A stretch of DNA of 64,000 nucleotides from assembly GCF_037042905.1 (NCBI RefSeq), contig NC_087253.1, forward strand, positions 1,054,001 through 1,118,000, written 5' to 3'. Positions within the stretch are counted from its first letter, which is position 1, and each line of letters opens with the position of its first letter. Below are positions 13,664 through 26,600 of the stretch, piece after piece. Under the pieces are notes generated by a model that was given only the letters and a program-made list of their open reading frames with translations, was not told the origin of the DNA and did no database searches. The position numbers and the translations under genes are program-made. The stretch is from Lytechinus pictus (Eukaryota).

Positions 13664-14515
13664 GGGGAAGGCGGGGTAAGTTGAGCATAGGGGCAAGTTG
13701 AGCCACCACCCCCAGGCCAATAATGAATGAGTCGGACATTATGGTGGTGCCATGTATTGATGACCCATTACATAACCCTTAACCCCGCCACATTGTTTTC
13801 AACTTTGAAACAAAAAGTACTTTTTTAGAGGGAAAAATACAAATTTCAGCCAAAAAGGTAAAAAAAGGGTGTGAAATAGATCATTGCTTTTTACCCCCAC
13901 ACGTCTTTTAAAAAAATAAAGAAATAAGAACAATATCGTTAGTCCAGGAATAGATTCTCATTCTTGTCATGGTCTTTTACATGATGGATGCATAAAAAAT
14001 GTGTGGATGTGAAAATATCGCATGAAGCTTGGAATGGGGCAATTTGAGCCAGCCAACATGGGGCAAGTTGAGCCATGGTAATTCTTAAATGGTAATGTAT
14101 AATAAGAAAAACAAACCTTAAAAAGCCATTGATATGCAGGCAGAAAGGAGCAAATTCACATGACAGTTCTTTTACTTTTAGAGGATGTTAGTATTTACAG
14201 CGAATTAGCAAGTGAAAAGACTTTAAATAAAAAAATGACATGCTGGTTCTTCCCGCATAGATTTTGTACATAGTTTTTGTGGCTCAACTTACCCCAGAAG
14301 GGGGCACAACTTACCCCATATGTTGAGCCATTTTACATTGTTTTTTTCAAAGATCACAATGACTTTAAGTGTGGGGGTAGAAAGTTATATAAAGGTGAAA
14401 AATATTTCCCAACAATCAAATTTAAAGGCAAGGTACTTATTTCTACAATATTATTGGTCATATCAATTCTAACATGCAAAATGCAAAAAGTGTCACAACT
14501 TACCCCGCCTTCCCC
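13664..14515. mobile_element. Tc1/mariner (pogo-like) non-autonomous element
   Basis: Perfect TIR GGGGAAGGCGGGGTAAGTTG / CAACTTACCCCGCCTTCCCC flanked by TA on both sides; internal GGGGCAAGTTGAGCC repeats. Confidence 0.85.
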
Positions 14516-15834
14516 TACACGAGAGCAATAGGTAGTTGAGCCCTCATCAGTTCAAACTGCCTACATGTAGATTTCCCTATAAACTTGAATGTTTTGGGGC
14601 AACCATTATTTTATGAGTTGCCCTAGATCCACCAAAAATGACATTCAAGAGTATTTTTTGAAAATCAATATCCTACATAAAAACCAGAATGATATAATGT
14701 GACTTTACCCTTTAATTTCAAGATCAAATGTCAATACGCATGACTATGTTCATACACTAGAGCAATGGGTCATCATCATATCTTGTCTGTGTTTACTTCC
14801 TTTATATATCAACAGGATGATAACACTATCATAATCATTCATATCATTTCCTACAAGTATACGTACATTGTAGATACATGTACATGTATGTTCACACTCT
14901 ACAGATCATATCAATGGATTCATACACTGAATTTGGAGAGCAGTTCACATTGCTAAATCAGAAGAAAAAGTAATAAAACAAGTTTAAGTTGTATGTGATT
15001 TTACTTTATTAAAGTGAATGAATTTTTGACAGCCCTCCCCCTCCTGTCTGAACTTCATGTACCAAGTTTTTGATGAAAGCAAGAAAAGAAACATTAATTT
15101 TCTCTCCTACATGTACATGTAGGATTGTCCTGATCAGAATAGTGTTTGCATGGCAATAAGGAAATGTGTTTTATAGTCTGCAATATTTTTCACTACATAT
15201 AGTGCAGCAAGCCTGGATTATTGTATTATCATCATGGAACACACTAGTTAGCAAACGCATACAAAATTTGATGTTCAATTGGATCCATTAATGGACACAT
15301 TGTTTGTGGAGAGCTGTTCACAATGTACTCTTAAAATCAAAATAAAGAAAAAATGTTACAAGTCAATCAGTCAGTCACATTTGTAGCACTACATGTACAC
15401 GTATGAGGATTCTGTTTAGTAATTACCAAGATGAGATGAGGTGTGGACTGGAACCGCACAAAAATAGTCTGGACTTTCCTAATCTTCGACCTTTCATTAA
15501 TTAATTTCTCAAGAAAATAGTTTGACTATAGGCTATACTTGTCAAGTACGATTTTTAATCTAATACAGGAAATCAATACACTGTATCTTATACATGTACA
15601 AGGTTCAATAGGACATGGCTATTTCCGCATTAAGGGAGCAAAACAAACTGAAACAAAAACCAGGTATCTTGGGTAATTGTTTTCTCTCCTTTCCAAATGA
15701 ACTTTTTCAAGGGAAACAGTAAACAGTAAGTTGATGATAGCATGAAGCTAATGACAGGCTCTATCTATTGATTAGGTCAAACTCCTGACAGCACTGGAAG
15801 GAAACGTTTTTGTCGCCTCTGAAAGTAGAGACTC

Positions 15835-16040
15835 ATTGAGGTACGATAGTAAAGGTGGTAGAGCATTGGTCTCGCAATACAATGACCTGGGTGCAATAAC
15901 CAGTTAGAGCACTAGGAATCTCCAAATAGCAGAGGGATCAGGAATAGAGCACTAGTGCCCTTTGGAAAGGTACATGTATACTTAGCAGGTTCCTCCATAA
16001 GGACGTTAAGCTGTCAGTCCCAGGATTACTGCTTACAATG
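15835..16040 (+). mobile_element. Degenerate tRNA-derived SINE
   Basis: tRNA-like head GGTAGAGCATTGGTCTC...CCTGGGTGCAATAACC, followed by an AGGACGTTAAGC-type SINE body. Confidence 0.5.
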
Positions 16041-16960
16041 TACTTCCAAGCATTCATTTTTTTAAAACAAAACCAGGAAATAAAAACGACCATCTCCACT
16101 AATTTATATCAAGTTTACAATGTAGTATCCTACATAAAGACCATCAAAATAAGACATGAAGAATGGCAGTTTATAGACAATCTTCATGGGCAGGTTCCTA
16201 TACATGTTTCAACAGAGACAATTATTTGAGGGAATCCACACTAGTAATCATTATAGGACATGCCTGAAGTAGGTTTCACCATTTGCCTGTATCTGAAAGC
16301 ACTTGAATCTTTTTTTCAAGACTGGGTCCAATGGACACGGTCAGTTTTATGGATTAATTTTAAATTAAATACAGATGTAAGCCTGCAGAATGTACTCTAA
16401 ATGAGATAAAAATTGATTTTCGGACATACATATGATTGGTGATTACCGGTAAGCTTTCAAAAATTGATTTCAGCTCTTCAGTGAAATATACCTCCTGCAG
16501 TGATGTTGACATTAAGTGGAACACACTTGGTGGGACGGTTTCAGATCATTCTACAGCCTAGACTTATTATTATTATTGAGAGCTGGAAAAAGATATGACC
16601 CAAAATGTAATGAAAAATCAATATGATTTCAACATAGAAATTCATTATTCTACCTCTGAACGAAGTAACTCATTCTACAATTCAAAATATGAAAAAAGGG
16701 AAACCAGGCAAAAATATGTGATCCCTCAGGCAACAACATACATGTACCTGCACCTGCCTAATGCCTAGTAAGAAATTTTCAGAAATAGGAAGATTCTTAA
16801 ATCCAAAATATTCCAGAAAGAGAAACATGCAGGGTGAAATGACAATTTTTTTCCCCAATACTAAGAGGAACATTTATAGAAAAAAATATACAAAATACAC
16901 CAAAAAAATGATGACATAGACGGTAGACCATGTGTACATGTACATGTAGTTTGCAATTGA

Positions 16961-17558
16961 AGGTCAAGTCCACCCCAGAAAAATGCTGATTTGAATAGAG
17001 AAAATTCAAACTAGCAGAATGCTTAAAATTTCATCAAAATCGGATGTATAATAAGAAAGTTATGACATTTTAAAATTTTGCTTATTTTTCACAAAACAGT
17101 GATAAGCACATTTCAGTAACACGCAAATGAGACAGTCGATGTCCTTCACTCACTATTTCTTTTGTTTTTTGATTGTTTGAATTATAGGCCTACAATATTT
17201 TATTTTTTTACAGTTTGACAATAAGGACCAACTTGACTGAACCATATAGTATTAAACAATGCTCATGTTCAGGGAGGAATTAATTGTTGTTTCACTTGAC
17301 AATGAGAAAATTAGAGTATTTCATATTTTATATACCGTAATAAAATACAAAAGAAGTATTCAGAATGGATGACGTCATCAGTCTCTCCATTTGCATTCTG
17401 ACCAGGACGTGCATAACTGTTTTGTGAAATTAAGCAAAACTATGAAATGACATAACTTTCTTATTTTACATCCGATTTTGATGAAACTTTCAGCGTTATG
17501 CTCGTTGGATTTTTCTCTTTTTACTGAAATCAACTTTTTGTTGGGGTGGACTTGTCCT
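16961..17558. mobile_element. Kolobok/T2-type MITE, second copy of the 9324-9922 family
   Basis: Colinear with 9324-9922; flanks TTGA/TTAA. Confidence 0.85.
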
Positions 17559-18525
17559 TTAAATTTGTATTTGATTTGAATCAAAATCTATGCTACAATG
17601 AGTACCTTAAGTTAATGGTATACTGGTATTTATCTTAGAAAATAAACATTTAAGAGTTGGTACAAAGTCAAAAAGTTTACCCTTTTTCAGTACTTGGTGT
17701 TTTGACTCAATTATATCAACAGTACATCATACAGTCAAATCTTGAAATAGATTGGTCTAAGTTAGGCCTACCCTATTTAGAAATCTACATGTAATCTAGA
17801 TATATATACTAGAGTCTACATGAATTTTTTTAGACACGAATGATATGAACTTGTCAATGGAAGTGCCCTCTGCAGCCCTGAGATTTAAAAGTAATTCATA
17901 GGAAATTCAAGACATTCATTCAAAAGTTTATGTTACCGGTACTAATAAATAGATCTAAATGTAGGGTGTAACACAAAAAAATAACAAAAAAGTCCTGTTT
18001 GTCACAGACACAGTGTCACTGTGTCAGCGTCAGTCACACTCATTCACTTTTAATTTAATATCAAATAAAAATATTCAATTGTTAGAAGATTTGAAAATAA
18101 GGAAACATATTCATGAATCACAATTGGTTGCAATCATAAAGACAACCTAGCTCATCACTATCTTCTTCGTCATCATTCACCATCATTCACAATCAATATC
18201 AAATTCGTGCACAAAGTATTTGAACTCAGCTTACGCTTAGGCCTTAGCCCACACATACCAATGTTAACTCGACTCAGCGGGGAAGCTTCGGCGGTGTACC
18301 AGACTTAACTGCCCGTTCACGAGCAGGTGCTTTGGACGTGAAAAGCGGTGCACTCAAACACAACAAAAGACTTCCACTTAATGCTTTAAAACAACCCACA
18401 CGTCATTCAAACTACTGTGGATGCACAAAGGAAATCATCCGTATCTGCACTTTGGTTGTAATAAACCAACCAATACTCTTAAACAAACATAAATGCAAAC
18501 AAAAGTGTAAACTTGTGACACATAC

Positions 18526-18607
18526 CTTCCGTCAGGTTCGACTGTAAATCCCGTATGCTATTCGAATCTATGTGCTCTTTAACTGGCATTCTGTGCTTCG
18601 CATACAT
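18526..18607 (-). CDS. Probable first coding exon of an unidentified gene (MYAKHR-MPVKEHIDSNSIRDLQSNLTE, phase 1)
   Basis: In-frame ATGs at 18607 and 18589; the frame is open to a strong gaag|gtatgt donor at 18525, directly downstream of promoter motifs. No further exon was recognised in 1-18500. Confidence 0.45.
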
Positions 18608-18609
18608 GT

Positions 18610-18840
18610 AGTAGAGGTATCGCGAGATCAAATTAGATTATGAAAACAACACTTTATGGCGCGCCGAGGCACAGAAAACGATGAATGAAGTCCACACGGA
18701 AGTGGGTCAACTTGCTTTGCCAGCGTTGCATTGTTTATGAATAAGTTGGGGATATGGGTGTGGGGGAGGTGGATCGAGGGGAGAGGTGGGGGCGGGGTCC
18801 ACAAAGACACTTGCGTTGCTGACACATTTTAACGACGTGG
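18610..18840 (-). promoter_or_regulatory. CpG-rich housekeeping-type promoter
   Basis: Clustered CGCG/BANP-type element TATCGCGAGA (18618-18627), ETS site CGGAAGTG (18697-18704) and GC box GGGGCGGGG (18789-18797). Confidence 0.65.
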
Positions 18841-20685
18841 TCAGAAAAAGATAATTTGCCTAGTATTAAAGCCAAGTCTGTATCATTTAAATCTTATTCA
18901 ACGAAACAAACCAGGGAATCAATGCCTAATTAGTTCCTTTTCAATTTCACTTCATGCACGGTTTCAATGGGGGTTTCAGATAGGCCTATCTGATCGTCGC
19001 TAGTCAAATAATGATGGGCTATATAATCATGAGCAAAATTCTTAATTCATTTATTATATAGACAGTAGACAATCATGAAAGTAGGTCTATTTCTATTTCA
19101 TCTCTGAAAAGACCAGTCTTTTGCAGCTCAGTTTAGCATATCGAAATATCCAATTCCTATTATTCTACAAGAAATCGAAAGGCAGTTGGAAATTATTTGA
19201 GAAAACCCGGGAGAAAACACATAATATTTCACTTTTATTCAAAATACAGGACAGGAATTTTATGCTTAGAACATAGGGACATGAGAGAAATGGCCTATTG
19301 CATGCCATGTTTTCTGAAGGCATGCATGATTCACTTATACTGCACCCACTTTGTCTACATTTCATTTGGTCTCATAATCTTATAGTTCGTCTACTAACCT
19401 TCTAACGTTGATGTTCCATTTGCCACTTTGTCTCTTTTCATATTAACAATTAGGCTATTTTGTCTTAGATGACCTGTTTATGAACCAAATTTTCAAAGAA
19501 CGAGATGATAAACAGGTGACGTGACAAGTACCTGCATGGCATTAGACTTGACCATGTGACGATTGGACTAACAATAATAGCCCACTTTAACCATGTAGAT
19601 TAGACCAACTGCTTGTAGACCATATGGATAGAAACCATCTGAAATCATTACAATAGTCAATATTCACCACAAGGTTCGGTCGATATAATCATATCAACAA
19701 AACTAGGACAAAAGTTGGTCATTTCTACAAATCAGTCGGCTTGAATTATAAAGCTGAGAATGAAATTTAAAACGAATAAGGTTCATTTCGTGTTTTTAAA
19801 CAGGAGGTGGCGCTAAACATTTATTTACTGATTTACATCACTAACTACTATACCCTGAAGAGTTCAGTGATTTACATGGAGGGAAAACATGAAAGAATGC
19901 CGCAACAACATAGGCGGATCCAGGGGAGCATTTCATGAAAGGACTTGTCAGACGTTTTATCCGACAAGTCCCATTTTATCCGACACTTTGTTGCCAAAGT
20001 AACAGTGCTTCTTAGCCAATCAACATCAAGGTAAGATGTCAGATCTGACAAGAAGGGAAAAGGAGAGGAGAAAAATAAAGGGGAAACATAAGAGGAGGAA
20101 GACGAGTGGATAAGATGAGGGGAAGACTTGGAGAATAATTTAAAAATCTTTCATGTCACTATAAAGTATACATTTTTTGCTCGCGCTTCGCGCTCGCATT
20201 GCCTTTGGGGTGATTTATATATGTTTCTCAATATCGAGCTTAAATATCAAATTTTGAAATCAATATACATAACATATTTCAGCTCGGAAATCGAACTTTT
20301 ATTATTTTGTTTGATTTACAAATTGATTTTAAAAAAGTGCTCTGTAAAAATTTATGTTTTATCTTCTAAATATTAACTTTTTCTGCTCGCGCTTCGCGCT
20401 CGCAAACTTTTTGATTTGTCAGGTACCTATTATTTTCCTGTATTCCATAAAGTTCTCAAATATCCCTATTCAGGTCAAAGTGTCAAAACATAACAGCTAG
20501 CGCTGCGATTTTGATTGGTGATTTGATATGTATATATATCTCAAAATTACTTCTATCCCCATTTCATGAGAGTTTATCAAAAATTTCGGCTCGCGATTTG
20601 CGCTCGCATTGATTGTTGAAAATAATTATATTAACTCATGCATCTTATTCATAATTACAAAAGTGCTTTAAATGTCCAGTTTTCA

Positions 20686-23045
20686 CAGGCAACAATAAAT
20701 ATGAGAATAACACATGTGATGTTGACTGTGCAAATATTGGTAAAATGATAGCAAATACTTTTCCTATAAAAAAAATTGAATGGAAACATCCTGAATGTGT
20801 TTATTCTTTTGAATTTAGAAATGTTGAGACAAACAGAATTTTAAAACATCTTACTCACCTTGACAAAAGCAGTAAGATGGATATTCTAGGCCTAGATACA
20901 AAATTATTAAATATCGCAGCACCATACATATGTGATTCTCTAACCCTAATCTACAATAGAAGTTTATCTTCTGGCGAAATACCCGACGACTGGAAAATAG
21001 CACGAACAACCCCGGTTTATAAAGGCAAGTGTTCAAAGAAAGATAAAAATAATTATAGGCCTATTTCTGTTGTTAGCCATGTTGCTAAGATTATCGAAAA
21101 AGAGGTTCAATCCCAACTATTGAAATACTTAAATGAAAATGACATGATCAATGTCGACCAATCAGCCTTTTTACCTAATCACTCTACCTCAACTAGTCTA
21201 CATCGCATACTTGATGATTTCTATGAAGCCATAAATGAGAGTGAAAAAGTAGCTGCTTGCTTCTTAGATATTTCCAAATGCTTTGATTGCATCGATTATG
21301 ATTTACTGATTTATAAATTAGAGAAGTATGGAATACGTAGGAATCAGCTTAAATGGTTTCAGAGTTATATTGCTAATAGAAAGCAAACTGTACAACATTC
21401 AATGTAAACGATCACAGATGAGGAACCTCACAGTAGGTATTCCTCAGGGTACTGCCCTTGGCCCCACCCTTTTCCTTATCTTTATTAATGATATTTCGGA
21501 ATATGTTACAAATGGTTCATGCAATATATTCGCTGATGATGTGGTTGTTTATGTTAGTGGAAAAGATAATACCGATGCAAATACAAAATTACAGGCAAAC
21601 ATGGTTGAAATCAATAAATGGTATGTTAATAACAGACTTCGAATTAATAAAGATAAAACTAAGGTGATGCTATTAAAATCAAAATCCTTAAATGAACTTA
21701 ACATTTATATTGAAGGGCACAAGATTGAGCAAGTCAATAACATGAAATATCTTGGACTCATGATTGATGATAAGTTGAAATGGAATGCTCACACTAATAT
21801 TCTATGTAAATATGTCGCATACAAAGTCCATATTCTTGCCAAACTTAGTAAATTTGTTAACTCTAACTTAATGAACATATTGTATAAATCCACAATTCAA
21901 CCATGCTATGATTATGCATGTTATGTATGGGGTAATTGCCCAGAAGTTTACAAAAATAAATTATTGAGAACACAGAAAAGAGCAGCATAATGCACAAATA
22001 GTCACGAAAAACTTTGATTATGAGAAATACAATGGAACTAAACTAATGACGGACTTGTCGTGGCCAAACATTGAACAAAGATGCAACTACTTTCTTGCAA
22101 CACTTTTGTACAAATGCATTAATGGCACTGCTCCTGGACGATTAATGTAATGAAATTGAGACGTATTGTGACCGCCATGGATTTAACACCAGAAACGCTG
22201 ATTCTTTAAATGTAATAATATCTAAACCTAAGTTAGAATTATTCAAACAGTCATTTAAATATGCTGGTGCTAAAATATGGAACGAGCTTCCACCCAGTCT
22301 CCAAAATGCAACATCACTCGATAATTTTAAATTTAAATACAAGAAATTAATTCTAAAACCATAATGTGCAATTCATATGTACTATGTACATTACCTGATA
22401 GTTTGAATTGTTTAATGAAAGAAATTGTAACCCAAACCCCGATATATATGCAGTCTCATGTTCATTTTACATATACCATTTTGTTCAAATACACTTCGAT
22501 CCAAACATTGTTGTTTTTTTTTTTTATAGTACCTATATCTTTGTCGTAATTCGTTACAATTTATTATGTATCATTTTTTTTTTATAATTCAGTTTGCTTC
22601 ATAAATACATGAAACACAATTTCTTATGTATTCTCATACTTTTATGTAAATTGTACCACTTTTTTTAATTTCTATCTCTTATCAGGGTTCAACTTCTGAA
22701 TATTTTTTATTATCCTGATTTTTATCGATTTTTATATAGTTCTGTAACCATTAATTCATACACTTTGTCTCTGAATTGTGTACTTTAATTCGTTGTTAAA
22801 TACTATAGTTAATTACATTTACTTTATATCTTTGTATAACATATTGTAAATTTTCTTGTATTGCATTGTATCACTTTAAGCACAATTTTTTAAATATTAC
22901 TTTGATTTTTATCTCATCTTAAATATATTATTGATTTACATGTATTTATGTTTTTAATGTCAGGACCATGATGTTAAACAGTTTTTTAACTGATCTTGTC
23001 ATCCTGAATAAATATATTTGAATAAATAAATAAATAAATAATAAA
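20686..23045 (+). mobile_element. 5'-truncated, decayed non-LTR retrotransposon (CR1/L2 group, Crack-like)
   Basis: RT motifs NYRPIS, FLDISKCFD, GIPQGTALGPTLFLIFIND, FADD, KYLGL; C-terminal FKYAGAKIWNELP; long AT-rich 3' UTR, terminal stem-loop and (TAAA)n tail. Confidence 0.93.
20745..22363 (+). pseudogene. Reverse transcriptase (ORF2) remnant of the LINE
   Basis: ORFs 20745-21407 and 21328-21990 join by a frameshift near 21390. Further disruptions lie near 21990 and 22140. No endonuclease domain is present. Confidence 0.9.
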
Positions 23046-25544
23046 TTAACAGATTTCGCGCTCTCATTGGGCTTATTAGATTAATAAATAAGATATTAAT
23101 TCAATAATCAAATTGTCCCTTTTTTTCAGAATGGAATATCGACAAGTTTCATCTCCCGCTCAGGAAGAGAAATAGGAAGATAGTCATCATTTGCATATGA
23201 TGACATAATGTTCTTAGAATGTCCCTGTCCTACGTCAAAACTCAAAGTAATTATAATGAATCATATCAGATCTTTTTTTTAAACTGTGATTCATATCCAC
23301 CTCACAATTTTGTTACTAAGAAGGAAATACAGAGCTTAAATTGACAATTTTTTCAGATCGGAATATCAAATATTTTAAGCTCGCGCTTCGCGCTCGCTTT
23401 ATTGATTTTCATGATGAAAAAGGTGTTTAGAATGCCCAGATTCTAGGTCGGAATCTGAAACAAGCGCACGCATGTTTATTCAGATACGCAGCTTGTTCTC
23501 TATTTAAATCATTATGAGCCTATATAAACAGGGTCAGATCAGAATATCAAAAATTTCTGCTCACGCTTTGCGCTTGCATTATTAATATAGGAAGATACCA
23601 AATTATACCCATTTTTTTTTCATCATATTTACAAATTATGAAGAGAGTGTCCCGTTTTTAGGTTTGAAATCTCAATTTTGTCCGCTCGCATCAATTGTTT
23701 GGTTACATACTTGTACCGTTCATAATTACAAAAAGTGCATAGAACGTTAGGCCGGAACGTCAAAAAAATTCATCTTATTATTTTTTATGCGATACGCAAT
23801 ATCGAGCCCCCTCAAATGTTTTTGCTCATTACGCCACTGGGACAACCCCTTCAAAGAAACAAACAAAAATCAACTTTGAGCGGCCGATCGGGGAAAATGT
23901 GGGTTAAAAAAAATGTCGGGCCCCCCTATTGGCGGAGGCTGGATCCGCCCCTGCAACAACAACTAAATTTACAAAAAAGGCAGGAACTGCGCCACAGAGG
24001 ACTGATATATATATATATGTAGGGTTGGCCCATAATCCATGATTTTCTTTGCCAAGTAATCCAAATTGTTAATAAGACAAAGAAAAGCAAAACAGAGAAA
24101 GGAGATGAGTATCGAACAGTCTATGAAATAAACCGGACATCTCATGAAAAAAAAATCGGAAAATACTTTGCATCTAAAATGTTTAATAATTTTACCCAAA
24201 TCAATGAATTTAGAGCAGTAATTTTGTTTATGCCTAAAAATTCAGTTATTTTCAAATTTCACAAACTTGTGAGACAGAAGAAGAATACAAAAGGAATTGA
24301 CCCTTCATAAACGTGATAAGGTCAATTATAAAATTGTTTTTGGTAAATCCTTGTATCAATGTGCATCAACACTAAGCAATAAATACGGTTAAATAATTGT
24401 TAAAAAACATATTGACAACTTTTTCCAAACATTGTATGAACATTCATAATGTCGCAAAAAGTGCGAAATGTTAAATAGAATATTTAAAAGGGCACCAAAA
24501 CAATTATTTTTCTATCATTCTTTTCGCTAGAAGGTTATCATGAAATATAATAGCTACAATATTTTTTTTTTTACTATTTTTTTAAATATATCATTACATT
24601 TCGCCCGCCGCCAGCGGTCTCTTGGCATAATCATAAATGTTTTGCAATTCAGGGGGGAGGGGGGGGGGGGACAATCATCAGTAATACGGGTCTAAATATG
24701 AAATAGCAGATTTTGAATGACTGAATCTACGGGACCTTAAGTGATTACAAAAAAATGACACAATTTCTGGGGGGGGGGGGGTCTTCTTTTTTTTTGGTAT
24801 AAACCCTTTCTTGGTCTATGTGGGACCTTCCTTAAATAATATGTCCAGAGCTGTTTTTATTTTATGATATTAAACGTTGTAATTCTTTTCTGACTTAAGA
24901 AGTTCATGAAGTGCAAAATGGTGTGTCGGGCTCAGAAGTACAAAAGGTTACTTATCTCATGGAATGGCCCGTATCTGTATTCTGAAAGCTAGTGGAAATA
25001 ACACGGTTTTGGAAGGGGTGGGGGTTGACCCACGGAATTCAAAACTCGGTATACTTAATACTATGATAGGAAGACGGATGACAAGAAAAAAAAAAAACCT
25101 GGTGAAAATGATTGGGTGGGTGGTGTTGGAAATGAGATGAAAAAACCACGCATTTAATGAAAAATGAACCAGTAAATTATGCATTCAGCGCTGACAAAAC
25201 CGGTCAATATCGCAGCCAACCTCAAGACTATAGAATCTGGATGTAAATAAGAATCGACTAAACTGTAAAATAAAAACTACTGTTTCGTTGTGATTTGTGA
25301 AAGAGCGCCATCTTGTTGCAAAACATGAGAAGTAACTCGTGTTATTCACTGCTGCTGCTCTTTGATCATGTAGAAAATAATGATTTTACCCACCACTGTT
25401 TTGTTATTATCTAGAACGCATAAGGAATATTGTTAAGTAATCTGTACATCTCTCGATTGATCAACTTATTTGTTAGTTCACATCACAACATATAAACAAG
25501 AAAGAGACAGGGATGGGGTAAAAATGTTTTTTTCTTTCGCTTTA

Positions 25545-25949
25545 ATGACTGATGACGCCACCCACCAGCTATTTCTTTTGTATTATATTATATAAAATGT
25601 GAAATATTATTCTCTTATCATTATCCTGTGAAACAAAGTTTTGTCCCTCCCTGAACATGTAGGATTACCAATGTTCAATATTTTATGGTTCAGTCAAGTT
25701 GGTCCTTATTGTCACATAGTTAAAAATTGAAATATTGTTTAATTCAAACAATAAAAAAAATAATGAGGGACATCATTGACTTTCTCATTTGCATGTCAAT
25801 GATTTGTGCATAATTGTTTTGTAAAAAATAAGCGAAAATTTAAAATGCAACTTCATTTTACATCCGACTTTAATGAAATTTTCATTGTGCTTCTTTGATT
25901 TTTCTCTATTTATTCAAATCAATATTTTTTCTGGGGGTGGATTTGACCT
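25545..25949 (-). mobile_element. Truncated inverted copy of the same Kolobok-type MITE
   Basis: Contains CAGTCAAGTTGGTCCTTATTGTCA and ends GGGGTGGATTTGACCT. Confidence 0.75.
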
Positions 25950-26139
25950 TTGATGTACAGTCAACCTTTTCATATTGACTCATTGGTGTAAGATGAAATG
26001 GGTGTAACTTTCAAGGTTATTATTGGAAATGGGCCAAATGGCAATTAGACCAAAAGTTTAAAAAACTAGTTGTAGAGGAGGAACCAGAATGAGACCATGC
26101 CATGCGGACTAGACCAAACTGATAGTATAACAAGCAGGT

Positions 26140-26600
26140 GTCGAACGGAGTGGCTTTGTCATTCATTATCATCTTTTTTTTTGTCTCCTTCTTTCCCTGC
26201 CCCTGTTCTATTAATAATTTTATTTTTATTAGTTTCTTTTATTCACCACCCTGCCATTATTTCTTTCTTGCTCTCTCTTACACACATTCCCTCTTTATTT
26301 TTTTTAAATCCATGCCCTATCCCTTCATCATAATTCACTCCCCCTCTCTCACTTATTTTGTTCCATGCAGTCTATGTTCTTCATAACTCATGCTCTTTTA
26401 CTGACCTCTCTCCTAGTCTAACACACTCTCTTTCCCCCTCTTTGCTCCATTATTACCATCTCATTTGTGTCGCATCTTTATCACTCACGCTCTTTTGCTA
26501 CTCTCTCTTTTCCCCCGTCGATTTCTCTCACTCTCTCTCCTACTATTATATCCCATCTTCACCAATAAAGCTATTTTACTGCTCTCTCTCCTTTCTCCCT
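26140..26600. repeat. CT-rich low-complexity tract
   Basis: Degenerate (CT)n/pyrimidine-rich sequence that generates spurious S/L/F-rich ORFs. Confidence 0.8.

Larger units (their letters stand above)
19909..23953. mobile_element. Non-autonomous TIR element (hAT-like ends) with internal GCTCGCGCTTCGCGCTCGC-containing repeats; host of the LINE
   Basis: TIRs CATAGGCGGATCCAG / CTGGATCCGCCCCTG; flanking direct repeat CAACAA (19903-19908, 23954-23959). The internal repeat array resumes after the LINE tail. Confidence 0.8.

Noticed and set aside
13100-16040. tRNA genes at 13.2 kb and 15.85 kb
   Set aside because: A/B boxes are degenerate, there is no intact cloverleaf, and both continue into SINE-like bodies.
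20745-21990. Active or domesticated reverse transcriptase
   Set aside because: 5'-truncated, no endonuclease, multiple frameshifts/stops; an ordinary dead LINE copy.
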